Source: a virus (Duplodnaviria > Caudoviricetes). Taken from it: 64,000 nt of DNA. The notes below the pieces were generated by a model. That model saw nothing but the letters and a program-made list of their open reading frames with translations. It had not been told where the DNA came from and did no database searches. The stretch spans positions 3,175 through 67,174 of the IMG/VR virus record IMGVR_UViG_3300031965_000021; one strand, 5' to 3'. This document shows, piece after piece, positions 9,275-19,006 of the stretch. The stretch's first letter is position 1. Every line of letters begins with the position of its first letter. Position numbers and translations under genes: made by a program.

Positions 9275-10276
9275 ATGAGTAGACCTACCCCCGGCGATGT
9301 CCATGTAAATACGCCATTGACCAACATTTCGATTGCCTATATGCAGTCGGCCGCTGGTTTTATTTCCAATCAAGTTTTCCCTAATATCCCTGTCACCAAA
9401 CAGTCTGATCGTTATTATGTTTACGATCGTGGTGAGTTTAACCGTGATGAGATGGCTGAAAGAGCACCAGGCACCGAATCTGCTGGTGGATCTTACAAGC
9501 TGGATAATACACCGACTTATTTCAGTAAGGTATATGCTTTCCATAAAGATATCCCTGATGAGTTACGCGCTAATAGCGATTCTGTTGTTCAACCTGATCG
9601 TGATGCTACTAATTATGTCACCTCTAAGGCCTTGATTAAGCGAGAAGCACTTTGGGCCAGTAAGTATTTTGTTACCGGTGTTTGGGGAACAGATGCAACT
9701 CCTTCCACTTTGTGGAGTGCTGCTAATTCTACCCCAATTGTTGATGTAAAAGATGCCAAGCGTGATATGCTTGCTGATACCGGATTTGAGCCAAATACTC
9801 TGGTTCTTGGTAAGAAAGTATATGATGTTTTGACCGAGCATCCTTCTATTATTGACCGTGTTAAATACGGACAGACTGCTGGCAACCCTGCTATGGCTGG
9901 ATTAATGGCTCTTATGGCCTTACTTGAGATTGAGCGTGTTTTTATCATGAAGGCAATCAAGAATACTGAGCCTGAGAAAGCTACCAATTTTGCTCATCCC
10001 CCACAGGCTGGTTACTTTGCCCATAGCTTTATTGGTGATCCCCTGTCCGCTCTGCTTTGCTACTCTGCTCCTTCTCCTGGTCTTATGGTCCCGACCGCAG
10101 GGTATACATTTTCTTGGACTGGACTTATTGGTGCTGGAAATCAGGGGAATCGTATTAAGCGTTTCCGTATGGATCCTCTTAACTCTGATCGGGTGGAAAT
10201 TGATTGTGCATTTGACCAAAAGCTTGTTGCTGCCGACCTTGGCTACTTCTTTAATACTTGCGTTGTGGCTGACTAA
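9275..10276 (+). CDS. major capsid protein
   Basis: 333 aa; LTNISIAY...FP.IPV start typical of lambda gpE-like HK97-fold capsids; strong RBS; hairpin downstream. Confidence 0.85.
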   Translation: MSRPTPGDVHVNTPLTNISIAYMQSAAGFISNQVFPNIPVTKQSDRYYVYDRGEFNRDEMAERAPGTESAGGSYKLDNTPTYFSKVYAFHKDIPDELRANSDSVVQPDRDATNYVTSKALIKREALWASKYFVTGVWGTDATPSTLWSAANSTPIVDVKDAKRDMLADTGFEPNTLVLGKKVYDVLTEHPSIIDRVKYGQTAGNPAMAGLMALMALLEIERVFIMKAIKNTEPEKATNFAHPPQAGYFAHSFIGDPLSALLCYSAPSPGLMVPTAGYTFSWTGLIGAGNQGNRIKRFRMDPLNSDRVEIDCAFDQKLVAADLGYFFNTCVVAD

Positions 10277-10309
10277 TCTGATAAACAGGAATAGTAGTGG
10301 AAATACAAT

Positions 10310-10340
10310 AGCCCAGGGGTAACGAAACTTACCCCTGGCT
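10310..10340 (+). terminator. stem-loop after major capsid gene
   Basis: CAGGGGTAA-CGAAAC-TTACCCCTG; no clear U tract. Confidence 0.5.
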
Positions 10341-10363
10341 GAAATCATAAAGAGGATATAACA

Positions 10364-10783
10364 ATGGCAGGATTTGAATTTGGAGAAGAGTTGATTGTGC
10401 TGAAGAAAATTGATGTAGGATCAACTCGATATAAACCTGGCGACGATTTTGAATATGAAGAGTTAGAATTGGATTTTGTTGAAAAACTTTTATCTCAAAG
10501 GATACTGATTCGAAAGGCTTTGGTTTCTCAGAGACTGATGGGCCAATTGAAGGCGTCAAAAGTGGCCAAAATAATCAAAAACGTCAAAGGAGTCAGAATG
10601 GCTGTTTCCTGGCCCTCTGATGAAGATTTGCCTGAAGGAGTGCTAGACTATAGATTTTATAAAAACGACGTACCACAGGCTGATTTGAAAGAAGTAATCG
10701 AAGAACAAGAACCACCCGCTAAGAAAAAAGTTAAAACACCTCGTCGGCGGGCTAAAACTACACTCAAAAAGGACTTTGAATAA
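10364..10783 (+). CDS. hypothetical protein, 139 aa
   Basis: AGAGGA RBS; within the head module. Confidence 0.75.
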   Translation: MAGFEFGEELIVLKKIDVGSTRYKPGDDFEYEELELDFVEKLLSQRILIRKALVSQRLMGQLKASKVAKIIKNVKGVRMAVSWPSDEDLPEGVLDYRFYKNDVPQADLKEVIEEQEPPAKKKVKTPRRRAKTTLKKDFE

Positions 10784-11355
10784 TGACACGAAAAGCAATT
10801 GAAACAGGTTCTCCGTGGAATAATGAGAATGCTGAGGCCAACTTCACAGAGATATATGCGGAAGCTGTGCCTATCGTCCCTATGGCTCCTGCTGCTGGAT
10901 TTCTCGGTACTGGTACTGTGTATAAAAACTCTGTCAAAGCTGACGGGGATTTTATTAAGACCCAAATTTATATTGATCTGACCGGGGCCAAATCCTCCAC
11001 TACTGATCTGGATATTATCGGCAATACTGGAGTTGCTTATATAGGCCAGATACTTGCTGCGATAAACGGCACTATTGTTGGCGGTACTGTTACTTGTCTG
11101 GAAGCACCAGTTGGTGGTATTGCTGATATTGATCTTTATTCTGCTGCTGAGGCAACAGGGGCATTTGATGGTGGTATTGGTACTCTGGCTGAAACTGCCT
11201 TAGTGACTTCCGGTGAGGCCTGGGCGCTTGGGGCAATAAAAGCTATGTCCGGACTGCCTGCTGCAGACAGTTATCTTTATCTTTGTGGTGGGGCTGCTGG
11301 AACTGCAGCTACTTATACAGCAGGCAAGTTTATGATCGAGTTGATCGGCGTATAA
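10783..11355 (+). CDS. hypothetical virion protein, 190 aa
   Basis: TAATG coupling; Gly/Ala/Thr-rich composition. Confidence 0.7.
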   Translation: MTRKAIETGSPWNNENAEANFTEIYAEAVPIVPMAPAAGFLGTGTVYKNSVKADGDFIKTQIYIDLTGAKSSTTDLDIIGNTGVAYIGQILAAINGTIVGGTVTCLEAPVGGIADIDLYSAAEATGAFDGGIGTLAETALVTSGEAWALGAIKAMSGLPAADSYLYLCGGAAGTAATYTAGKFMIELIGV

Positions 11356-11391
11356 GCATCATTATAAATAACTAAATAAAAGGAGTTTATA

Positions 11392-11646
11392 ATGTCGGGA
11401 AATTACGCCGGAATGATTGTGCCGGGGTTCGGATCAACAAAAGTTACCCCGAATGATAATATAGTTTTTGATCCACCGTCAAGGGGGTTGTGGATAGGAA
11501 CCGCAGGGAATATATCTGTTACTTTTCCTGATGGAACTGCCGCAGTTGATATGCCTGCACAGGCAGGATTTTTCCCTTACTTTGTAATCCAGGTCAATGA
11601 AGGATCAACTCCAACAGCAGCAGATAACATTTGGACAATAGTATGA
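11392..11646 (+). CDS. head spike base protein (RcGTA Rcc01079-like)
   Basis: VTPND...PPSRGLWIGTAGNISVTF pattern of this family. Confidence 0.6.
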   Translation: MSGNYAGMIVPGFGSTKVTPNDNIVFDPPSRGLWIGTAGNISVTFPDGTAAVDMPAQAGFFPYFVIQVNEGSTPTAADNIWTIV

Positions 11647-11668
11647 TGATTTCTTTATCTATTAGCCA

Positions 11669-11791
11669 ATGAGTATTCTTGTTTCTGAAAACAGTGGGGA
11701 AAATATTGCCGCTGTGCCTACTCTCGATGACTTATTAATTTCTGAGATCGATGAAATGACTATTGATGAAATTGATACAACTTTAATATGA
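11669..11791 (+). CDS. small acidic hypothetical protein, 40 aa (not in ORF track)
   Basis: MSILVSENSGENIAAVPTLDDLLISEIDEMTIDEIDTTLI*. Confidence 0.4.
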   Translation: MSILVSENSGENIAAVPTLDDLLISEIDEMTIDEIDTTLI

Positions 11792-11798
11792 GGATGCT

Positions 11799-13634
11799 AT
11801 GAGACGCATTTGGTATGTATTTATTATCCTGTTATGTTCGCTGAATGCCTCATGGTCTTTGGCTGCTCAGGAAACACTTTTTGAATCTATACAAGAGTTG
11901 GATGAGCAACCAGGAACATCTAAAGGAGCAGATTGGCGACTTACTGATTTTGCTAACTTTGCCTTGCAGAATGATAATAATGACGAGCTTTACGGTCATA
12001 AAGTAGTTTCAGGGTCAGTAATCGGAGACACTTTAACCCTCATTCTGGCAGACGATTCAACAATTGCTGTGGATGTCGCCACGTTGCTCGACAACACAGA
12101 CGCACAGACAGTCACTACCTTTAGTCTAAACTCGTCAACTAATATCCTGACCCTGACGTTATCCGGCGGGAATACAGAAACTGTTGATTTGTCTGGGTTA
12201 GTTGGTACTGATGGCCTTGTTGATGCCTCAAGTGATGGGGCTGTATATGGTAGGAAAGACGGCGCCTGGGTTGCTGTTGAGCCACTTAAAGGCGCAGATG
12301 ATAATTATGTAACTGATGCCGAAAAAACTGTTCTGGGAAATACTTCTGGAACCAATACAGGCGATCAGGATTTAAGTGGAAAGCAAGATACTTTGGTTAG
12401 CGGTACAAACATCAAGACAGTCAACAGCACCTCTATTCTTGGACCTGGTGACATTGCTGTAACAGGCAGCAGTATTACAGACGGAACGGCAATAGGAGAC
12501 TTAGCCGAGTGGGATGGTGATTCATGGGAGCCTGTTACCCCTGACGAAGTATCATTCGTAGAACCATTATCTTACGATGATACGTTGAAAGAGGTGTCGA
12601 TTGATACTACTGGATTAGGCGGAATCTCTCACGTTGCAAGCGGCAACCCTGATGATGGATCCTGTAACTGGAACACTGCTGATTTCATCTTGAGATGCCG
12701 CACAGGAGCAACAGTTTATGCCAGTGCTGCAATGACTCTTGAAGCTACGCTTGACATAACTGCTCCAACAGCAAGCTCATTCGCAACTGATTCAACTGGT
12801 TTGCAATACAGCTTCACCGCCTCAGAAACATCAACGGTTGACTGTACTAAACTCACGGCAACATGGGCGAATGCAGGAACTTTAGCCGATTTCACTGGCA
12901 CTGATTCCCCTTGCGTAAGCTCAACCCCTGTTTATTCTGACGACACTGGTACCATGGCAGGAGCACAGGGTTTTCTCGTTGATACCGCCCTGAATGAGAG
13001 TATTTCTTTTAGTGGTGAGAGTATTGATAATACGTTAAATACCGCTGTTGCAGCCGGCGAAACGCTGATACTACATTTAGAGGGAACAGAAAGTAATGGT
13101 GGTTCCCTGTTAGTCGGCACAGGGACTGTTTTCTTAACTGGAACCAACTCCACCTTTGTTGAAGCAGACAGCGGAACGGGCTTTTCTCTCACGCAGGTCT
13201 ACAATAGAGTATCTGTAGATTCTGTCAATATAAACCCTAATGAATTCAGAACTGAATTTAAGTTTAAGCGCACTGCTGCCCCTGCGTCTTATGGTAAATT
13301 TTTCGTGGTGGACGATGACACTACTTTACAGTTCAATAGGGCCGCATCCGATACCGCGTATAGCATAACATACAACGGGGTTATCATCTGGTCAGAAACA
13401 GCAGGAGTTAATCTCTGGGATGGAACTGCCTGGACTATATCTGTACAATTGGATAATGCCACTGATACAGTGGAAGTTAAAATTAATGGTGATGTTGTGG
13501 TTAATGATGTTGGAGCAGTGACCTGGCCCACAGATATAGGAACAACAACTACTTTAATGTTTGGAAACAGGCCTACAGAGGACCGTCAAATCGGCGGACT
13601 AATAGGGGATATAAAAGTCTATGCACTGGATTAA
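11799..13634 (+). CDS. signal-peptide protein with fibre-like repeats and C-terminal LamG/ConA-like domain
   Basis: MRRIWYVFIILLCSL..SLA leader; DGAVYGRKDGAW and SGTNTGDQDLSGKQDTLVSGTNIKT fibre motifs; ends QIGGLIGDIKVY. Confidence 0.7.
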   Translation: MRRIWYVFIILLCSLNASWSLAAQETLFESIQELDEQPGTSKGADWRLTDFANFALQNDNNDELYGHKVVSGSVIGDTLTLILADDSTIAVDVATLLDNTDAQTVTTFSLNSSTNILTLTLSGGNTETVDLSGLVGTDGLVDASSDGAVYGRKDGAWVAVEPLKGADDNYVTDAEKTVLGNTSGTNTGDQDLSGKQDTLVSGTNIKTVNSTSILGPGDIAVTGSSITDGTAIGDLAEWDGDSWEPVTPDEVSFVEPLSYDDTLKEVSIDTTGLGGISHVASGNPDDGSCNWNTADFILRCRTGATVYASAAMTLEATLDITAPTASSFATDSTGLQYSFTASETSTVDCTKLTATWANAGTLADFTGTDSPCVSSTPVYSDDTGTMAGAQGFLVDTALNESISFSGESIDNTLNTAVAAGETLILHLEGTESNGGSLLVGTGTVFLTGTNSTFVEADSGTGFSLTQVYNRVSVDSVNINPNEFRTEFKFKRTAAPASYGKFFVVDDDTTLQFNRAASDTAYSITYNGVIIWSETAGVNLWDGTAWTISVQLDNATDTVEVKINGDVVVNDVGAVTWPTDIGTTTTLMFGNRPTEDRQIGGLIGDIKVYALD

Positions 13635-15114
13635 TATTACAATATTATTGATATTTGGCACCCCGACAATATTAATGTCGGCGACAACATCCTCGTTAAC
13701 CCAATATGGTATAACGTGGACATTTTCAAACGAGATTGAATATGGCCAGTTTATTAATGGGGATTACTGGGTGGTAGATGCTGGGTCTGGTGTCAATATC
13801 ACTGGTATTTCCCCTGGATATACAGACACCCCAAGAGCTATGAATGGCAGCACGATCAATCCATCGGGAGCCACTCACGGTTATGATAATTTCACTTCGG
13901 CAGTGTATGACGCAGCGAAGAATGTTGGAATAGGAATATCTCCCGAAACCCCTCTAGTTCTGTCTGCCGGGGATTCACTAGTGTCCACGATAAGCAACGA
14001 AGTCGCAGGAGATCAGGGAGGAGGGGTTCACATTCCATATGTCAATTCCGCTGCGGTCCTTTCCGTGGTTTCATCCCCCCCGGCAAGTGGTAGTTTTCGT
14101 CCAGGGTTTTGTGATGTAGTCGCAAAGTCAGTACACAATATCGAAGATATAGAATGGACTAAATTGCAGTCATTATCAATGGTTTCTACCAAGCCTTCAT
14201 TAAGTGAAAAAGCCAGTAAATTACAAATGCCTTGGCTTAATCATCTTGCTGGAGCGGTTGCACATAGATATCTGCACCCCTCGTCAAGTGGGTTGGATAA
14301 CTACTACTATGCGGGAGATTTTGCGGAAACAGCGATTATGCTTCATTTGGATTATCCGCTAGAGGATAAAAAACCTCTGGCTATCAGGTACATACAATTA
14401 GGCATAGACTTGTACAGTTATGTTGCTGGTGGGGGTAGGTGGCACTCTCCTGATGGGGGCCATTTCACAGGTCAGAAATGGCCTATGCTCTTTGCGGGGT
14501 TAATGCTTAACAACCCTGATATGCAAAATATAGGCAGCACGTACACAACAGGAATAGGAAACGAGGACGACCAGACATTTTATGTATCTCAAGCTGATGT
14601 GGATTTCACTGTTGAAGCCGGGAATGAGGGATATACGACCGAACACGTAGGTATGCCGGAATGGTTGGATAAAGCTAGCAAAAGAGACAGTTCATGGAGC
14701 GCAACTTATAGAAACATCGGTACTGGTGGTAAACTGTGGGGAGCTTTTGCTACCGCCGCAAGGATCATGGGAGCTGAAGGGTTATGGAACAACCCGTCTT
14801 TCTTCGACTACGTAGTACGGTATATGGCTATAGCCAAAGGTGATCCTGATCCGTTTGGTTATATGGTCAGTAACCAGAGTGCAGGAGATCGGGGCTCGGC
14901 ATTAAATGGGGAGTTTTATGATACGTACTGGAATTATGCTACTGCCGAGCCGACATGCTCAGACCTCACCCAAAACGGTGATGAGGAAGGAATAGACTGC
15001 GGAGGAAGTTGCCCTCCATGTGAAACATCTGTACTACAAGGATTACGCAAAGGAGCGTTTAGAATGGCAGGGGCAGGGGGTAAACCAGTTAATTTAGCGG
15101 AAACAGTAGAGTGA
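13621..15114 (+). CDS. signal-peptide protein, possibly polysaccharide-active, with Cys-rich C-terminal module
   Basis: Hydrophobic leader; aromatic-rich core; TCSD..QNGDEEGIDCGGSCPPC motif. Confidence 0.6.
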   Translation: MHWINITILLIFGTPTILMSATTSSLTQYGITWTFSNEIEYGQFINGDYWVVDAGSGVNITGISPGYTDTPRAMNGSTINPSGATHGYDNFTSAVYDAAKNVGIGISPETPLVLSAGDSLVSTISNEVAGDQGGGVHIPYVNSAAVLSVVSSPPASGSFRPGFCDVVAKSVHNIEDIEWTKLQSLSMVSTKPSLSEKASKLQMPWLNHLAGAVAHRYLHPSSSGLDNYYYAGDFAETAIMLHLDYPLEDKKPLAIRYIQLGIDLYSYVAGGGRWHSPDGGHFTGQKWPMLFAGLMLNNPDMQNIGSTYTTGIGNEDDQTFYVSQADVDFTVEAGNEGYTTEHVGMPEWLDKASKRDSSWSATYRNIGTGGKLWGAFATAARIMGAEGLWNNPSFFDYVVRYMAIAKGDPDPFGYMVSNQSAGDRGSALNGEFYDTYWNYATAEPTCSDLTQNGDEEGIDCGGSCPPCETSVLQGLRKGAFRMAGAGGKPVNLAETVE

Positions 15115-15263
15115 AAGATTAGAAACTACTATCTGTCATTTTATGTTAACTCAGATATTTTAGACTTCTCGGCATTACTTGATTTCAGTGGCGGGGGAAT
15201 AAGGGCTTGAACCTTGATAAGCGGAGTCAGATAAAAAGAAATGAATTTTAACAGAGAGAAGAA

Positions 15264-16721
15264 ATGAAGAAACCTTTAATAGTTATTAGTCTAATCTTCC
15301 TGACTGCATCTTTCTCTTTTGCTGCGTCAGGGCAAGGATTAACATCGTGGGATGCCCAAATAGAACCTGTAGCAAGTTCTGATTTGGTCGGGATTACGGA
15401 TATATCTGACACCACTCAATCGGACAATGGCTCTTCAAAGAAAGCCACTATGACCCAGGTTGGGGCTTTTATGGCAACCTTGTTTACTTCGAAAACGGGT
15501 AATGAGACAATCGCAGGGATTAAAACATTTACTTCTTCCCCGATAGTGCCTACTCCTACAACGGATATGCAGGTGGCCACGAAAAAATATGTCGATGATA
15601 ATTCTGGAACAGGTACAGTAAATGTTGTCCAGACCGTAAGTCCAACAGGATCGACCTCTTCTGCACCGTCTGAATCCGCTGTTGGTATTGGTTTGGCAAG
15701 TAAGCAAAATACGGCAGATGTACAGGAAGTTTCCGCTGATGTTGAGGCCATGTTGGAGTCAGCAAATAATGCTGAAATACTCAGCAATATCGGTGCAGCT
15801 CCAGCCGGTACAACTGGTGCTACATCGATTGATGATTTAACTGATTGGCCTACAGGTGTAACAGCTACTGAGCTGGGCTATGTAGATGGTGTAACGTCCT
15901 CAATTCAATCTCAAATTAATAGCCTGACGGTAGGCGCACCTGTAGTTGCTGTTCCTACTTACTCAGATGAGGCTTGCACAGCAGGTGTATATTCCCTAAG
16001 TACATCTCCTCTTCGTCAATACATTTGTTTCGCAACTGGAGACTGGAATTATATAGATTCAACAGGATTAGTTGATTGGGATAACCCTGCTCCAGTTACC
16101 GAAAGCACTACTTTCTTTTTGGATTTTGAGGGAACCGAAGCTGAAGACCTGGCTCAGGGTGGGACATGGACAAAAGATTTTCCTGCCGGTATCTTCACTC
16201 TTGATTACACTGATGGTCCCATAGCTGGTTCGCAATCATTAAGAATAGTAAATGATGCTGGAGGGACTAATTATTTATATTCTCCATTATATCCATCTCC
16301 TGTAGATACTGTGTACTATTCTTATAGTTTCAAAATGGGTAGTACCACATCGTCAATTAAACAAGGATTTGGAGCATTTGGTACTTTAGATGCATCTGTT
16401 GGTATGACAATTTACGAGGGAGGCTTAAAGCTTAAACAAGGAACAACAGCATCAGCAGGTATACCAATATCAACAGGCTCCACATATTATATATGTGGTA
16501 AAGTTGTGTCATCTAGCGGCAGCAACGACGGTATGCATATAGCCCGTGTTGGTACTGATTCGAATTATAATATTAATCCCGTCTATGGTATTACAAACGG
16601 TACAAATACCGATTTGATAAAACAAGTGTATATGGCTCAATACTCATCTAACTCGTTAACTGTAGACGATTGGAAAACTTCAACTGAGGTACTGTCAGAA
16701 TGTGGCGACTTGTCTTTATAA
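15264..16721 (+). CDS. signal-peptide protein with tail-fibre-type repeat and C-terminal ConA-like domain
   Basis: MKKPLIVISLIFLTASFSFA leader; GNETIAGIKTF..SPIVPTPT...VATKKYVDD fibre repeat; ends LTVDDWK. Confidence 0.7.
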   Translation: MKKPLIVISLIFLTASFSFAASGQGLTSWDAQIEPVASSDLVGITDISDTTQSDNGSSKKATMTQVGAFMATLFTSKTGNETIAGIKTFTSSPIVPTPTTDMQVATKKYVDDNSGTGTVNVVQTVSPTGSTSSAPSESAVGIGLASKQNTADVQEVSADVEAMLESANNAEILSNIGAAPAGTTGATSIDDLTDWPTGVTATELGYVDGVTSSIQSQINSLTVGAPVVAVPTYSDEACTAGVYSLSTSPLRQYICFATGDWNYIDSTGLVDWDNPAPVTESTTFFLDFEGTEAEDLAQGGTWTKDFPAGIFTLDYTDGPIAGSQSLRIVNDAGGTNYLYSPLYPSPVDTVYYSYSFKMGSTTSSIKQGFGAFGTLDASVGMTIYEGGLKLKQGTTASAGIPISTGSTYYICGKVVSSSGSNDGMHIARVGTDSNYNINPVYGITNGTNTDLIKQVYMAQYSSNSLTVDDWKTSTEVLSECGDLSL

Positions 16722-18418
16722 TACTACTACTGTTTGCAAATAATGTTCTTGCAGAAACTGTAGCCTATCACGACTTTAATGACAACAGTTTTGGACCATT
16801 TAGTGCTGGTGATACATGGTCTATTCAGCAATCAGGAGGTATTGATAACTCAAGAGCTGCTATGCTTTCTATTACAAAAAGAGCGGATGGTACATCACTT
16901 AGTAAGTCGGTTTTGAGTTATAAATCCAGGGAATATTGGGTAGAATTTGACGTTAAAGTAACTGGCACGCTTATAGGAGGTCATAAGTTTATAAAATTCT
17001 TTGGTGCTGTTGATGGGTGGTCCCACAATAACATGACTGTTGGTATAGAAGAAGGTTCTCACAAGAACGAAGGTGTTGGATTTTATGACGATTCCCGACG
17101 TTTCGATAGATGGACTGGGCCTCCGGCATCAGGAAACTACACTGGGTCTGTGTGGAATAAAACAGGAGAATATATAGATATAAGGGGTGGTGGCTGGGGT
17201 AGGATTAAAGTTTGGGTAAAACGCGCCCTCCCTAATACCAGGGACGGTGAAATAAAAATCTGGTGGAAAGGAAATCTAGTATCTCACATATCCAACATGG
17301 ATAGTTATGAAGAGTCGTTTGCCGATACTATCCCTGGCTTTAAAAGTATACAGTTGGGCGGATATGTTCACGAAGGCTTCGTTGATGGTGTTACAGCACC
17401 TTGGTATTTATGGGTTGATAATCTTTATATGGGAACCACAGAACAAGGCGATACTACCCCTGAACTACTGACTTGCTACCCTGATTTGGATAACGATCTT
17501 TACCCAGGATCGGGAAGCCAATCAGCAGAAACCTGCCCAGCGAATTATTTCACCTTTGCCCATTTTACTTCGATGGAAACAGATTGTAATGATACTAATT
17601 TGGCAATTAATCCGGGAGCCACCGAAATTTGTGGGAACTCTATAGACGATGATTGCAATGGTTATGACGAAATATGTCTGGAAGAGTTGGAGTGCAGCGC
17701 CACTTACTTTAATTTATGTGATGTAACACAGTGTTCTGCATTGGGGTTGTACCCATGGGGGGGCACCTGCAACACAGTGCCACAACCTGCAAGTATTGTA
17801 AGTGATAATTTGATACTCAACTCAAATCTGGTGGAGTGGACCTCGACTTTGCCTGAAAATTACACATCATATCAAGAGTCAGATATATCCAAATCAAGCC
17901 TTGGTGCGAACATGGATAACGGGGCTTTGTTGAATCCTCTTTATTTTCTAACTCCTGACACCACTTATACTGCTGTGTTTAACTTAATTAGGATACAGCA
18001 TGGAACTAGCAAGCTGTGGTCTTATGGCTTTTCCTCAGATATTACTTCAGGTACTACGGGCACTGTAGTGCATGAGTTTACCACGCCGTCTGTGCTTAAT
18101 GATAAAAAAATATACATTGGATCAAGTCTATCATCTAACGTAGATATAAACAATATACGGTTATACACCACCACAACTCTATCATGTACTGATTTAGATG
18201 GCGATGGTTATTCAATTGAGGGTGAGCTGTGCGGTATTGTTGATTGCGACGATACCAATGCAGCAATTAATCCTGGGGAAACTGAAATATGTGGAAACGG
18301 TGTTGATGATAATTGTGTTAACGGCGACGAAGTGTGTGATGTAGTACCTGTTGAACTTGGACCGTTTTGGCTATACAAAAACTCGTTGGGTAGGGCTTAT
18401 ATACCTGCCCCAGAGTAA
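16700..18418 (+). CDS. signal-peptide protein with polysaccharide lyase-like beta-sandwich and MopE-like Cys repeats
   Basis: MWRLVFIILLLFANNVLA leader; GGHKFIKF..DGEIKIWW..LWVDNLY pattern; two DC.D.N..INPG.TEICGN..DD.C repeats. Confidence 0.6.
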   Translation: MWRLVFIILLLFANNVLAETVAYHDFNDNSFGPFSAGDTWSIQQSGGIDNSRAAMLSITKRADGTSLSKSVLSYKSREYWVEFDVKVTGTLIGGHKFIKFFGAVDGWSHNNMTVGIEEGSHKNEGVGFYDDSRRFDRWTGPPASGNYTGSVWNKTGEYIDIRGGGWGRIKVWVKRALPNTRDGEIKIWWKGNLVSHISNMDSYEESFADTIPGFKSIQLGGYVHEGFVDGVTAPWYLWVDNLYMGTTEQGDTTPELLTCYPDLDNDLYPGSGSQSAETCPANYFTFAHFTSMETDCNDTNLAINPGATEICGNSIDDDCNGYDEICLEELECSATYFNLCDVTQCSALGLYPWGGTCNTVPQPASIVSDNLILNSNLVEWTSTLPENYTSYQESDISKSSLGANMDNGALLNPLYFLTPDTTYTAVFNLIRIQHGTSKLWSYGFSSDITSGTTGTVVHEFTTPSVLNDKKIYIGSSLSSNVDINNIRLYTTTTLSCTDLDGDGYSIEGELCGIVDCDDTNAAINPGETEICGNGVDDNCVNGDEVCDVVPVELGPFWLYKNSLGRAYIPAPE

Positions 18419-18431
18419 GGGGGTTTATTTA

Positions 18432-18821
18432 ATGAAGAAAACAATAGCAATAATCATAATTACCTTTGCTCTGATTGGTTGTTCCCCACAAAAACAATAT
18501 ACCTTAACTGAGCAGCAAATTGACAGCCTGAACGGAAGCACAGCTATAGCCCTATGGAAAGCAAGTAAAGCTAAAACCGATGAATGTTCAAGCCCAGCAG
18601 TTGTTAAGGCTATAGCCGGAATGTTTTTTGTCAGGAATTATTCTGATTGCTGCTGGCAACATGATTTTGATTATAGCTATGGATATATATATGGAATAAG
18701 TAAAGAGCAAGCCGATTATAGTTTACATGAGTGTGTAGATGCAAGTAACAACCCAATTGTGGCAGATGTAATTTATAGTTTTGTTAAAGTTTTTGGTAAT
18801 GGATTTTATAAAGGAGATTGA
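18432..18821 (+). CDS. lipoprotein with phospholipase A2-like motif
   Basis: Lipobox FALIG-C from ATG 18432; CCWQHDFDY resembles the PLA2 C-x-x-H-D motif. Confidence 0.55.
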   Translation: MKKTIAIIIITFALIGCSPQKQYTLTEQQIDSLNGSTAIALWKASKAKTDECSSPAVVKAIAGMFFVRNYSDCCWQHDFDYSYGYIYGISKEQADYSLHECVDASNNPIVADVIYSFVKVFGNGFYKGD

Positions 18822-19006
18822 AAATGCCAACAGTAAAACAACAAGTAACATCAAAAACAAATGCGGGAATGGTTGTAGTTGGGGCAATTCTTGCGGCCCT
18901 ACCTATATACGGTATTGATTTAGGCGAAGAATTGACTGCTTTTATAATGATGGGCGCAGGCATTCTTCTCAGACAGATAACGAAAGAACCACTGTCGGAT
19001 AAATAA
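18818..19006 (+). CDS. putative holin
   Basis: 62 aa, two hydrophobic segments, ends GILLRQIT.EPL. Confidence 0.55.
   Translation: MKMPTVKQQVTSKTNAGMVVVGAILAALPIYGIDLGEELTAFIMMGAGILLRQITKEPLSDK

Noticed and set aside
11364-11371. TATAAATA, T4-type late promoter (TAAATA also precedes several late genes)
   Set aside because: One exact copy noticed in AT-rich DNA, and no late sigma factor gene in the window
15115-15210. 31 open codons in frame after the TGA of 13621-15114 (possible readthrough)
   Set aside because: No start codon, no recognisable motif, and the length is compatible with chance
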